From the NCBI GenBank assembly GCA_973895155.1, contig OZ316896.1, positions 11,088,795-11,152,794 of the forward strand: a stretch of 64,000 bases of DNA. The letters are read 5' to 3'. Below, in pieces: positions 23,954-35,900 of this stretch. Each line of letters begins with the position of its first letter. Positions within the stretch are counted from its first letter, which is position 1. A program made the position numbers and the translations under genes. The notes beneath the pieces were generated by a model. The model was not told the DNA's origin, did no database searches, and was given only the letters and a program-made list of their open reading frames with translations. Source of the stretch: Marsupella aquatica (lineage: Eukaryota > Plantae > Marchantiophyta).

Positions 23954-24889
23954 TTATACAGCTGACGAGAAGTTCTCCCGGATCGGGGATGTACTTTGCA
24001 TGGTCTTCTGGTGCGGTGTCAACAGCGGTTGTTTTGCAGGAAAACCTTCTTCCGAGAGTTGCACCGAAGCATTTTTGCCAACAGGCGCTGTGGGCTGAGC
24101 ACCAGTGCCCTTCGTCGCAGTTGTGGCCGCAGTGGTCGAAGCAGGCACAGTGGACTGAGCATCAGTGCCGCCAGTCCCTGTTCTGCTATCGTCCACTTTG
24201 GGATCGCTGTCGTTCGCAGGCTCGGTCACTAAGCCTGCGACCGAATAGCCGACTCCTCTCCGGGGCGGAGGCGCAAACGAGAAGTACAGACCTGCGAGAA
24301 TTCCCACCAGTACAGGAACCGCTTTCACGATCGTTGAGGGGAGGTTGGGATAAAAGCAGGTCGATACAGGCGGAGTGAGGAGGACTAGCACAAGGAACAC
24401 CACGACACCCAGTATTGCATTGATCACATCGTAACCGGAGGCTACGTACCGTCGTACATTTCCCTCGTAAAAGGGTTTTCCGTGGGTAAAGTTTACTGTT
24501 GTGAACTGGGGATTCCAAAGTCCTTTGCAAGTAACAAGACCGTAGTAATGCTTCCCGGAGGTGGTCGTGAGACTGTCAGTGAACGTGAGAATGACGACGA
24601 TGAAGGCGAAGGTGAACGCGAGGATGCCTGTCAAGATCCTCTCCACGAGGCCACAATGCCCGTTGTTGGTGAAGAGAGGAGCAATTGCCTGGAAAGCCAG
24701 AAATGTTCCGGTGGGGAGGAGGTTGGACAGGTTGGTGAGGATGTCGGAAGTTGGGGACTTCGTAGTCCTTGGCGAGCTGCTAGTGTCGCTGGGAGGCGTG
24801 GGAGCGGGCGCGTTGGTCGGCGCGTTGGTCGACATTGGGGACTTCTTCTTGAAGATGCCAGCGAGCAAATCAAACCAGGACCCTGGCAT
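23954..24889 (-). CDS. DMP: DMP (DUF679) membrane protein, intronless
   Basis: LSNLLPTGTFLAFQAIAPLFTNNGHC, FTDS, YYGLVTCKGLW, CFYP and PPRRGVGY are DUF679 hallmarks; four hydrophobic segments. Confidence 0.93.
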   Translation of the reverse strand: MPGSWFDLLAGIFKKKSPMSTNAPTNAPAPTPPSDTSSSPRTTKSPTSDILTNLSNLLPTGTFLAFQAIAPLFTNNGHCGLVERILTGILAFTFAFIVVILTFTDSLTTTSGKHYYGLVTCKGLWNPQFTTVNFTHGKPFYEGNVRRYVASGYDVINAILGVVVFLVLVLLTPPVSTCFYPNLPSTIVKAVPVLVGILAGLYFSFAPPPRRGVGYSVAGLVTEPANDSDPKVDDSRTGTGGTDAQSTVPASTTAATTATKGTGAQPTAPVGKNASVQLSEEGFPAKQPLLTPHQKTMQSTSPIRENFSSAV

Positions 24890-25667
24890 AGAACAAAATT
24901 TACAGAGTTTCGTCCAGAGTTCCTCGACAGGAGCATGGCATGCGTCCCGAAGCTCTACTGCAAAGTTGAGAATCTTCGTAAAGTCCCAAAAAGAGCAGCT
25001 TTCGGGATCTAGATGTTCAACGTGTCTCTTCGATTATTGGTTGCCCCCTCTAGCCAACTCTTCAGAGAGGAAAACACGCCTACCTGGTGAAGGGACTGAG
25101 AAAAACCTGCGGGGAAACGTGTCACTACCGGTGGAGGGAGTGGGAACAGCAGCTCTCAAGTGCAGTCATTCCTCAAGTTCGGTCATTCCTCTTCAGACTT
25201 CAAACCTTTTCGATCCTCAATTCGACGGTGAAATATCTCGGCGCTAGATCCTCCCCTGATCCTGTTTCAATGACTCGGCAGAGAGTGGCTCCTCAGCTAT
25301 TTATTTGAGGGAAATTATATTGCTCTGGGGGGTGAACGATGCTGTCAAGCGTCGGACCGGGATGACTTTAATTATAGCAAGAGTTCATAAAATGGTATAA
25401 GGTCTGCCTGGTGACTTGGGCTTTCGTTTGACCTTTGCTTGAGTATCATTCTCTTTTCGCTTAGATTACTTATCACTACTTTTGGCACTACATTACGAGG
25501 ATGCCAGCAGCACCTTGATGCAGGTGACTAATTTGCTTCAGAGACCTCGAATGACTTTTGTCAGAAAGACCGCGAGGGCTGGCTGATGGGGCGTGCTCCT
25601 TTTTGGCCGGTTTCTGCTCAGACTGATGGTTTACGAGTGGAATAGTGATCGTAATGATACCGTTTCG

Positions 25668-25880
25668 GCCACTTGCTTGAGGATCTGAATGCCCTGGAGG
25701 TAACTAGAGATGATGGTAACTTGTGAGGGCTGCACAAGTTGTCGAGGCGTCGAGGGTGTGGAATTTCGGCTGAAGACTTGCGTGAGGATCTGAAGGCTCA
25801 GGAGTGAACAACAGAAGATGGTAACTAGTGAGGGCTGCACAAGTAGTCGAGGCGTCGAAGGTGTCAAGTTGCGGTTGAAA
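25668..25880. repeat. 105-bp tandem duplication upstream of DMP
   Basis: ATGGTAACT.GTGAGGGCTGCACAAGT.GTCGAGGCGTCGA.GGTGT at 25713 and 25818. Confidence 0.88.
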
Positions 25881-26062
25881 GTGTAAAACTTCGTGTAAAC
25901 TGGACTTCTCAGATACCAGAAATGTACATTTTCCGGAATAATACAACTGTTGTATCCCTGTTGAGGAGTAAGTAGCAACATCTGTAAAGTAATTCGGGCA
26001 TTCATTTCCTCCGAAAAAGTAATCATCTCCTTACTAGGCTTGACTGTAGAACTATCACTGTC

Positions 26063-26135
26063 ACTGTTCATTATCTAGGACTTTTGTCCAGGTGATGTCC
26101 TGTTCATTATCTAGGACTTTTGTCCAGGTGGTGTC
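26063..26135. repeat. About 36-bp direct duplication
   Basis: CTGTTCATTATCTAGGACTTTTGTCCAGGTG occurs twice in tandem. Confidence 0.9.
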
Positions 26136-26544
26136 TGGCCGATACTGTACTGGGCTATCTTAGCCGGCGATCAAACAGATCGAGCTCCCTCGATACGTAC
26201 CTACCTGCTACCGACGATGGTCCAAATAATGAAAGTATACTTTGTAGTTTGTAAGGGACTGAGGTCCGACTGAGATAGGGTACGCACGTGCGCTTCAGAG
26301 TGGGCCTATCAGTCTTCTGAATTCTGATCTTGCCAGAAGGCCAGCAAGCTACCGAGGGCCCCAGTAACTAATGATTATAACAAAGGGATGGATCTCCTTC
26401 CCTGATCCATAATTCCACACAGTACTACAGTAGTACTATCAAGATTTGTCACAACTATTAAAAAAACTCGAGAAATCCTTGACCAAGGCACAAGTCAAAC
26501 GAGACAATTGACTGTGACTGTGGGTCCTGCACAACATTCTCTCG

Positions 26545-26700
26545 TGGCGCAATCGGTTCTTCTTTGCTACAGGAGGTGACTTCGAGCTGCATCGATGGCG
26601 CAATCGTTCTTCTTTGCTACAGTGGGTGACTTCGAACTGCATCGATCGCGCGCAATCGGTTCTTCTTTGCTACTGTTGGTGACTTCGAGCTGCATCGATC
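26545..26700. repeat. About 51-bp tandem triplication
   Basis: GCGCAATCGGTTCTTCTTTGCTAC.....GGTGACTTCGA.CTGCATCGAT x3. Confidence 0.92.
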
Positions 26701-27159
26701 ACCTGATTGCTATGTTGTTGCTCTACTGAACTTCATTGGACGAGACTACAATAGTCTTTACAAAAATTCAGAACCCAGGCGACTAGTCTCGCCCATTGCA
26801 GTAGGATAACATCATATAACATCATTAATAGGGCTCAAAGTTGGTAATTTGACGTACCTTAACTCCCTAGTTTGGTAATTTTGGTGTCTCAAAGCTAGTA
26901 GTCTTGGTGTCTCAAAGCTGGTAATCTGGTAGAACCTTAACTCACTAGTTTGGTAATTTTGGTAATTTGGTGTACCTTAACTCAATGGATTATGGACACA
27001 AAAAATTGGAGTACAGAATTCATAGTCTGTAGTCCATAAGGATTAGTTTTATGTAATACCATTAGTCACTCTAGAGGCTGGTGAATGAAAAAACAAAAAA
27101 ACAAACTTTTACATATTCTTGTGAAAAAGTTATGACCTATTCTTTGTGATCAAATGTCA

Positions 27160-27530
27160 TCATCTGTAATTTCCAAGTTTTGAGACGCCCTATTATCCGC
27201 ACCCACCTTGACGCAAACAAACCAACAATCTAGTCAAAGTGATGCAGCTTGAACCTTTGAGGGAGGGGATAGCAATGATGGGAAACATTTCGATTCTTTA
27301 TGAGGACAAGGTTCTTTTCAGTCAACTTATGGTTGCCCGGCAGCACTATATTAAGATGTTGGTAACGCACGTAATTAATATGCTTTGATCTCAACGATCA
27401 TAGAGTGAGGATACAAAATAACGACACAAGTATTGACAGGCTATGAACATATTAAGTGCAGACTCTAAACAAATGATGGTTCAACGATGGGAAGAACGTT
27501 GCGTCCCAATTGTTGAATGTCACTGACTCT
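27160..27530 (+). pseudogene. Possible decayed hAT-type transposase fragment
   Basis: LVKVMQLEPLREGIAMMGNISILYE and MVQRWEERCVPI loosely resemble hAT PLVKVLRLVD..MGYIYE and RW....PLH motifs; heavily disrupted. Confidence 0.3.
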
Positions 27531-28831
27531 AGTGTTTCTCAAAATCCCACTCAAGAGATTGTTGGTCCAGGGACTGATTATTCAGTTGTCAAATGAGGAT
27601 CGTTGGGCTAAATCAGGTTGAGTTAGCAGGAGCATTTTAACATGATGGCGCTAAATCAGGTTGAGTTAGCAAGAGATTTGAACATGATGGCAATGATGGA
27701 CGAACCCATGGACAAACGAGTGATAAGCTGTATTAACAAGCTGAAGAAATTGACTGAAATAATCCAAAAACAAACTTAAGAAACTGAAATCACCTTCAAT
27801 TGATGAAGCGGTGGACCATGTACTCAAACACATTGGGTGTATATAAAACAAAGCCAATCAATTAACACCCTTTGCTTAAATTAATGTAGTCAAATTAAGC
27901 AAGTATGGCCATCATCTGACTGCATTAATTTGCTCCCACCTGCAAACCAAAAAAGAAAATAAACCTCACCTCCTAAAAACATAGCCAAAGGGGAAAGGGG
28001 GTGCTGAAGTATTTACCTTCAATCAGTGGTCCCCTTAATTGGTCCCCAACCCAACAATAAAAACCAAAAAAAACACCAACCCCTTTTCTCCAATACCTTA
28101 AAAAAAAAAAGAAAAACAGTGAGAAGGACATAAAACAAATAAACCCAAACCGATAAAAACTTCTCTCCTGATGTACCATGATACCTTTATTAATGTTTTT
28201 ATTTAGCATTATCTAGCTAGTACAGTATGTGTATACATACGTTCAATGTATCCCTTAGCAGCTATATTGCCCCCCTTCCCAAGGCTATAGACCCCTACTT
28301 GAGCACCCGATTATAGACAATCTAAGAGTGATTGGAAAGAAAAACTCTCGACAATATTTGGTTAGATTTTGTTCACTCCTTTCAAGTTTGTGAACAGACC
28401 ATGGAAGAATTTTGGTGGGTTGCATATTATAGAGATTGATACCTTGGGGCTTGGGCACCTCCTTCGTACTGCTGCTCAGCAGTTATTTAACTGCGATCAT
28501 AGTCCAGGGTCTTAGACACCACATGGATTGCCAAGTTGAGGAGTGAGAACATTCCACTGTAGCATCCTTTTAGCTCAAAGTTGATTTAGATTTTGAGTGG
28601 ACATCTTCCAATCAACTTGATTTGGGCACATCTTATCGAAAAAGGAATCCCAAAGTTGGTCTATCTCAATGTTGAGTGTAGTCCCTTTTTTCTTCTTCCG
28701 CTGCGTTTGACTAAACCCGAAACCCCATATCCAAGGTACCAATGCATGTCCCCTAGAGCTTTGGGAGAGAATCAAGATAACTATAGTCATATTCAACTAT
28801 CTGAGACCTCTATAGTCAATGATATAGGCGT

Positions 28832-28853
28832 GGGGGGGGGGGGGGGGGGGGGG
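28832..28853 (+). repeat. G22 homopolymer
   Basis: Directly visible. Confidence 0.95.
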
Positions 28854-30359
28854 TGAGGAGGGGGAGCCATGTCATCCTGCTTCCAACATTACGTGAGAAC
28901 GAAGTAACGGGGGACTTTTGTTCATTTAGTGAACTTCTTCGAAGTACCAGGGAAGTATGTAACTAAGGGGGTAACAAAAGTACCAAATGCCATTACATGA
29001 TTTGTCATCCACCACGTGTCAATAAGTGATTGGTACTTCCTTTTGGACTCCACTTCTTTTCGCAAGGGTGCTTTATGAGGGGCCGAGGCTGTCGCACATA
29101 CCGGTAGAAAATAATCATATTAAGATGGACCCCCCGAGTTTGCAATCACAATCCATTATAAGCGGCCAAAAACGGAGACTTTAAGGAGCCGTCAAAGCAG
29201 GCAAGAAAGGTCTTACTATATAGAATCACCCGGGAAAGGATGCCATCATTCTCAGCAACGAAAGATTGTATTCCAGATTTTCTAGACACTAGAGTCCTTG
29301 ATTAATTTGACATACAGCAGTGGTTGCTCAACATCTAACAAGCCTATTAATCCAGGCACACAATCATGAATATTTGTTCACAAAGCCCAGGCGAGAGATT
29401 ATATGTATGTTCCTAGTGGGCACTAGCATTTCAATCTTCACTTGCTCCTCTAATCTCAAGTGTGCCATTGTTTGCCTTTTTCAAAGTTTGTGGTATTGCA
29501 AATCATGAAGAAAGGGGACCAGAGAACACATGAACGAGACATCAGCAGAGTCTGCGTATAAATTGTAATGATACGGAAATTCATGGAACAAATCAATAAA
29601 GCCGTACTCAAAACCTGGTTCAGAGTCTCGAGTGGATGCATCGATCTGGGCGGGCCCTGAAAACTGGAATTATGTTTAACTTTCATCTTGCCACCGGGTA
29701 TGGGAGGCTTAATTTAACACGCTTGCTACATTTGTAACTATAAGACAGTGTCGTGATATTTTCAGCGGACCTCCCATTGCAGATGTAGCCCCTGATGTAG
29801 CCTGAAAATTTACTGAGTGAAATTCTTGTTTTGTGTATGAGGCGGTCATATCTGGCTTTCTCGAGTATTGCTGTAAAGATTGCTGCAATTCAAGTTACCG
29901 AGGTGTTCCTGCGAGCTACTGCATATGGCAGGCACGCATGCGAATGTAGTTGGTGACTTTCCCTGGCCACGATTTGGATACGACGGAGATATGACTGACA
30001 ATCTGACTTTTGACAAGGAAAACAGACTCCTCGGACTTGATTAGATGTGATCTTTAAGAATTCGAGATGACATCTCAGTCGAAATCCATGTTCGAACTTG
30101 AGTTCATAGGAACGCCGGAAGTAAATATCTAACTTTGCCTCACCGGTTGCTGTTCTGGTTGAGCAAGGAGATCTCCTGTAACAGACCATTCCTTGTGCAG
30201 TGACAGCCCCGACCAAGTAGATGAGATCTGATCCTGGCCGGGCATCGAAGATGTATAGCGGTGACACGATACCAAAAACGTGGTTCGAAAGCGCAGGTCT
30301 GTCGCACATGGCGGTCTAATGTATGATCGCCGTGCGCTCATTTGTTGTCTTCTCGCGTT

Positions 30360-31166
30360 CTATACCCGCAAGGAAAGCCCTCCCACGCCTTCTGCCCTTG
30401 GTTTCGAATTTGCATGCTGGGTTGCAAAGATCATTTTTTCATACAACCTTGATTCTTCGTGCCTCCTCTCCACAGGGCTTAGGTTTCTCCAGGAGACAGG
30501 ATCGCCGCGTCCCTCCAGATCCCCATACCTCTGAAGGTCAAGTTCTGCTCGCCTTGCACTAGGTGAGAATTCTTGAGGGCGAGGACTGTCACGACAGGGA
30601 AACAAGTCACGCTTTTTTTTAAACCAATTAAGCGCATTGTGTCTGTCAAGAAGAGCTGATTCGTCAGCTTTGGAAGAGATTTGAGAGTCGATCGTCGTCT
30701 TCTCCAGCAAGTCACACTGGAATTTGCTGCAGGCTGCGTCCCAATTTTCAGCTCTCGTGTCCCGTTCCATTAATCTGTTCGGCGAAAGGGATTGTCGCCA
30801 TTGTCGTTCTGCGGCTCTGGCCACTGGAGATGAGGAAGTATCTTTATTATGGATCCCGCTTCGTCCATTAGATTTAGGCCGTGGTGGCGGCGAGCCCCGC
30901 CATATCAGTTTACTTTTATAAATGCTGTTTGCCTTCTCGAAACTATGAACTACGGGAATCAGGTGGCAATCTGAAGCTCTTTCAGTAATACCTACGGGCA
31001 CCTTCTTTAGAGAAGGGGCCACCCATTCTGGAATCTGCGACACTCGTCGGCTTGCTGGTGACAATGGACCCGAGTTCAGTTTTGTGCCGCTCGTTGCCTG
31101 TAGGTCGCTTACAATCTGGGTCCCCGGGTGTCCAGGACATCCACACCCTGGAATCTTTCTTGACAT
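30360..31166 (-). CDS. Hypothetical S/P/R-rich protein, 268 aa (orphan; probable paralog of 38901-39983)
   Basis: ATG-initiated 807-nt ORF in non-repetitive sequence; shares VxxSF[EQ][KR]ANxIY with the 360-aa ORF. Confidence 0.6.
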   Translation of the reverse strand: MSRKIPGCGCPGHPGTQIVSDLQATSGTKLNSGPLSPASRRVSQIPEWVAPSLKKVPVGITERASDCHLIPVVHSFEKANSIYKSKLIWRGSPPPRPKSNGRSGIHNKDTSSSPVARAAERQWRQSLSPNRLMERDTRAENWDAACSKFQCDLLEKTTIDSQISSKADESALLDRHNALNWFKKKRDLFPCRDSPRPQEFSPSARRAELDLQRYGDLEGRGDPVSWRNLSPVERRHEESRLYEKMIFATQHANSKPRAEGVGGLSLRV

Positions 31167-32718
31167 GTTAGAGAGGCAATCCTTAAGTTGTGGACCTGGC
31201 AGGCTTCACGATGGAGCTTAATCTGGCCTATATAGCTTAATGTTGATATCACAATTTCATGATTGCACCTACTCTCGATCGCAGATGGGAAACGGGTTGC
31301 GTTAAAATATCGCCGGTTTATGCATACTCCGCAGAATTGACAATCTGCGTGTGCGCACCACGATCACCGGAGGAGCAATCGTCAGGTTCGAATGGCGTGA
31401 TTTAGAGTCCACGTATAGAGAAGCCTAGCTTGAATTTCCCGTGATGTGCATAGCTTTCTATGAAAGCACCTGGTGGATTAGAGTCGGGGCAGGAAAACCT
31501 GGAGGACACGGCTCCAGCTGTGGTTTGAAAGGGCACAATGCCTTTCACCTGGATACAACCTCCCGCCGCATCGTCGACGAATGAGAAACCCGAAGTTGTC
31601 CCGACTTATTCTTAGCTACGCTTTCCTAAAACTCTCCGAGGTACTATAGTTCGGCTTGAGTATTCCTTCACATAGCCATCTCGAATTAGTACGCTAAACT
31701 TGAATCACTTCTTTTTCTTCTTTGTTTCTTTCTTGAATGTAAATGAGGAGGAAGAACACTTAGTAGACTCTCCTCACCCAAGAGTGGCATACATTGGAAC
31801 CCATTTCTGGGTGAGCCCCCACTGATACACCCACTGATTCTACAGGGACCGCACCAGGAGGGAGAGAGAATTAAATCAAGGTCACAAAGGATATAATCAG
31901 AACTCCCATCCACTACCCACAAAACACATCCCACCCACAAACATATACCCTCACACCAACATGGGGCAAAGGAGATCAAAATAAGAACTCCCATCCATTC
32001 ACCACAAAACCCCTTCAATGTTACATTAAAGTAAAAGATTAACACCACATTCATTGTAGGGAACACCAGGCATCATTAAAGTAAAATATGTCATTGAGCA
32101 AAAGATCTTGTTATGCAAAACATGTCATCAAGTAATAGGCATTACGCAAATATGTTGTTAATAATAAAAGATAGATGTTGTTTAGGGAAAAGATGACCAC
32201 ATTGTGCAAACAATGTTGATGCATAAAGTATGACATTCTGCAAAAGATGTAAAGGATGTCATTATTTGTGTAAAGAATGCCATTGTGTAAAAGATATTGT
32301 TTTTGTAAAGGACCTTATTGCGCAAAAGATGTTGACAATGACTGACTGCAAAAACTGTAGGAACATTCGATTATGGATGTCTAAAGTTCAATACCAGTTA
32401 GTTGCACAAAAATGCCATTACGTAAAACATATGATTTGCAAAAAAAATGTTATTGCGTGATATGCAAAAAAGATGTCATTGTGTAAATAATAAAGTTATT
32501 AAGAGGAGGTTACAAGGTACAAATTGAGAGAAAATATTGTCGACGCTTTTGCTCTTTCATTCGAAATTATATTCATACAGTGTACTTAATTGCTTTCTTG
32601 GAGCAAGTAGCAAATGGAGGGGAGAATACACGTACATGTGAGTACAATTAGCTCTCTATAAGTGACACTCTCAGGACGACAGATCCCATGTGCACTAAAA
32701 CAGATTTTCTATTCATTG

Positions 32719-32975
32719 ATAAGTGCAAACCCCCTAAAATTTGCACTTATTAATAAATGGCGCCTCCATTGGTGAGCAGTCTTATGACTCATTACACAAA
32801 ATGTTTATCCTTGCCCTAAATTGGTGTCCAGCTCCATAAGTGCATGTTTTTCTCTACTAAGAAAAGCCGTGCACTATCAGTAAATGCAATCTCATGCGAT
32901 GATGTGCTTACTGCAGATAAGTTACAACCTTCCTTAGTTGAGTATAGAATGCACTTATCAAGGGTTTGCACTTAT
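32719..32975. mobile_element. Small MITE-like element with 14-bp inverted ends
   Basis: ATAAGTGCAAACCC at 32719 and GGGTTTGCACTTAT ending at 32975; internal repeats of TGCACTTAT. No TSD established. Confidence 0.4.
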
Positions 32976-33125
32976 ACAGTTGTCATTTAACTAAATGATT
33001 TCAGGTCTATTTTTTGCAGAGAAAATGTGAAGAAGAATGCAAACATGAGAGGGAATAATACGATGCCTTGTACTAACCAAATTGTGTGCTTATGGAGTTT
33101 GCTCTTGGAGAGAATCGACTTGGAG

Positions 33126-34256
33126 ACACCGGGTTAAATCAACATCGCATTAAGGCTTCCCAGCCTTCTTGGGGCCCGTACCCTTCCCGTCACAAATCCC
33201 AAAGCTGCTGCCCGCAAACCCGCTTGACCGTCAATCACCGTTCTGGCGGACTCTAAATGTATTAGCCCCAGATCCATTGACAGACAGAAAGGTACCATTC
33301 TTTTCAAATTTGATGTGCTTTAGGACACGGGACATGCCTAGCTTTGAACGCCCACGTCTCCTTCTATTTTCGTCCCTTGTTGTAATTCTCAGTTGTTGTC
33401 ATTGTGGTTTGTTGTTTGCATTCATGTGACTGTTCTGGCAGCCTCGCGTTTACGCAACTATAAGGGTTGTCGCGTTTGTGTGACTGTTCTGGCAGCCCTG
33501 CAATCACCCAATTATAAGGGTTGTCGCAGTTGTGCACCTATGTTTGTTGCTTGCATTTGTGAGACTATTTTGGCAGCCCCATGTTTGCGCAGTTGTAAGG
33601 GTTGTCGCATTCGAGTGACTGTTCTGGCAACCCCATGTTTACGCAACTATAAGGGTTGTTGCATTTGTGTGACTGTTTTGGCAGCCCCGCATTGTGAAGC
33701 TATAAGAGTTGTCATAGGGATAGAACATAAATTGGAACAAACAAAAAATATAGAACTTACCATATTGGTAATTTGAGACAAAGCTGCTTGTTCCCTTGCT
33801 TTTGTTGTCCTCAAAGCCATAGTCCTCCTTCTCTTCCCGCCATGGTAAATGTCCACCCTTATAGCTGTGCAAACGTAGGGCTGCCAGAACAGTCACACAA
33901 ATTTATGCGATAATCTTACAGCTGTGCAAATGCGGGCCTGCCAGAACAGTCACACGAATGCAAACAACAAACCACAATGACAAAAACTGAGAATTAAAAC
34001 AAGAGACGAAAACAGAGGGAGACATGGGCGTTCAAGGCTAGGCATGTCCTGCGGCCTAAGGGGCTTCAAATTTGAAAAGACCCAAACTTTTCCGTCGGTT
34101 GATGGATTGGGGGCTAATACATTTAGAGTAGTCCGCCAGAACGGTGATTGACGGTCAAGCGGGTTTGCAGGCAGCACCTTTGGGATTTGTGACTGGTAGG
34201 GTACGGGCCCCAAGAAGGCTGGGGAACCTTAATGCGGTGTTGATTTAACCTGGTGT
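33126..34256. mobile_element. Non-autonomous foldback / Mutator-like DNA element with about 400-bp inverted arms and a 9-bp TSD
   Basis: Ends are ACACCGGGTTAAATCAACA... and ...TGTTGATTTAACCTGGTGT. GACTTGGAG is duplicated at 33117-33125 and 34257-34265. The mirrored ORFs 33169+ and 34213- translate almost identically. The inner arms contain about 52-bp tandem repeats (GTGACTGTTCTGGCAGCC...). Confidence 0.9.
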
Positions 34257-34749
34257 GACTTGGAGCAAGGGTAAGTAATGTATGGAGAAGGACACTTCTC
34301 CATAAGTAAAGTAAGTAATGTATGGTAGACAGGGATTGTACTGGCCAAGACATTGTGCCAGGGAATGTTTTGGCAAGGACAATGGGAGGATCTAGGGGAA
34401 ATAAATTGGAGATTGGCGATTGTACGATAAGGGAGAGTATGAGGGAAGGATCAAAAAGGATTCTTTGCTCCCCCTCAACTGCCTGCCGTGTTTTTCTTTG
34501 TTTATTTTTTAGCTTTCCAACTAAACTTCTCTATTTTTTAGTGGCCCGGAGACCACTTTAAACAAGTGCAAGAGCTCATTATAGTTTTCAAGACAGCAGC
34601 TGGGGTGGCTTTACAAGACAGAGGGTCCCATTGTTTCGTTTTATTCATTTTAAAATTAAATGTATATAATGTAGTGAGTGGAATGGTTGGAGTTGGCTTC
34701 ACACTAACGTTTGGCCCATTCGAGTATGGTATCTACTGAACATATATGG

Positions 34750-35190
34750 CAAGAAGTGGGCCCAAAATGTTGATGTGGAGTGCTTATGTTGTCTAGCATT
34801 TTAGACCAAGTCAAGAGGCATTCCAAACATTTCCAAAGTGGGCTCAAAGAAATGTTGACGTGGAGTGTTCACTTTGTATAGCATTTTAGACAAAGTCAAG
34901 AGGCAATCCAAACATTTCCAAAGTGGGGAGTAAAGAAATGCTGATGTGGGCTGCCTATTTTGTCTAGCATTTTAGACCCCTTGAAGAGCAATCCTAACAT
35001 TCCAAACATTTCCAAAGTGGGCCCAAAGAAATATTGACGTGGAGTGTTCACTTTGTATAGCATTTGAGACAAAGTCAAGAGGCAATCCAAACATTTCCAA
35101 AGTGGGGAGTAAAGAAATGCTGATGTGGGCTGCCTATTTTGTCTAGCATTTTAGACCCCTTGAAGAGGCAATCCTAACATTCCAAACTTT
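34750..35190. repeat. Tandem array of about 85-95-bp subunits with a 179-bp higher-order duplication
   Basis: CCAAACATTTCCAAAGTGGG...TGTTGA.GTGG...TAGCATTTTAGAC recurs five times; 34822-35000 is nearly identical to 35001-35180. Confidence 0.88.
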
Positions 35191-35289
35191 GGTCAGTGAG
35201 TTCAAGCCATAATTTGCATTCACTGAACTTCATGTCATTTTTTTGGTAAGTTGCAGTTTTTGAAAAACCTATCAGAAGAGTTTTGGTCT

Positions 35290-35900
35290 ATAGTCCCCTC
35301 ATGCACATGTGGGAAGTCGTGTGATGCCACAGGGATACATCTTCTTCGATGCAGTTTGGGAGACAAAGTCGTAGTTGTTCATGCCCGTGTTAATGATGCT
35401 ATGAGAGATGCTATTGCTCAGGTTCTCTCTGGGTCTTTGGTATATGTGGGGTGGGAGGTGGTGCTCAAGCTACCCGGTCCTCCACCATAGGGATTACAGG
35501 TTGATCTGATCATGGTCCGTGATGGTCGACATATTTTGGTGGATGTTGTGGTAGCAAACCCTTTGTGCTAGGACCTCATTTAGATAGCAACAACAACGGC
35601 AGGGGCAGTGACATCCAGGGTGGCCATGACAAAAGAGACAAAATATGTTGCTTGAGCTTCATCTGATACCTTCCTCTTCCTTGATATTGAGATCTTTGGG
35701 AGTCTTCATCATCAATTTGATGTGCTTCTTCGATAAACTGCTTAATTGTGATATTCATGGACTGATGGGTCTCTCCTGACCCGAACTATCCATCTTGACC
35801 ACACACTTTTGTCAGCGCATTTTAGTGGCCTTACAACGTGCCGACGCTCCAAAAATTTAATTGTCGATCCTTCACAGTGGGCGCCATTATGCCTCGCAAA
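35290..35900 (+). mobile_element. Decayed 3' end of a CRE-like non-LTR retrotransposon (zinc knuckle plus REL endonuclease)
   Basis: One frame with internal stops reads CTCGKSCDATGIHLLRCSLG..HARVNDAMRDAIA, then GLQVDLIM..LVDVVVANP, AMTKETKY and FLFLDIEIFGSL. After a frameshift it reads FCQRILVALQRADA. This matches the CCHC, RxD..DVxVxxP, KxxKY, FxPxxxExxG and QRxSVALQR motif series. Confidence 0.75.

Noticed and set aside
23704-25247. Long plus-strand ORFs (224, 176 and 228 aa)
   Set aside because: Antisense shadows of the GC-rich DMP coding region.
33169-34213. Pair of near-identical 86-87-aa ORFs on opposite strands
   Set aside because: Produced by the inverted arms of the foldback element; TTG starts and no domain.
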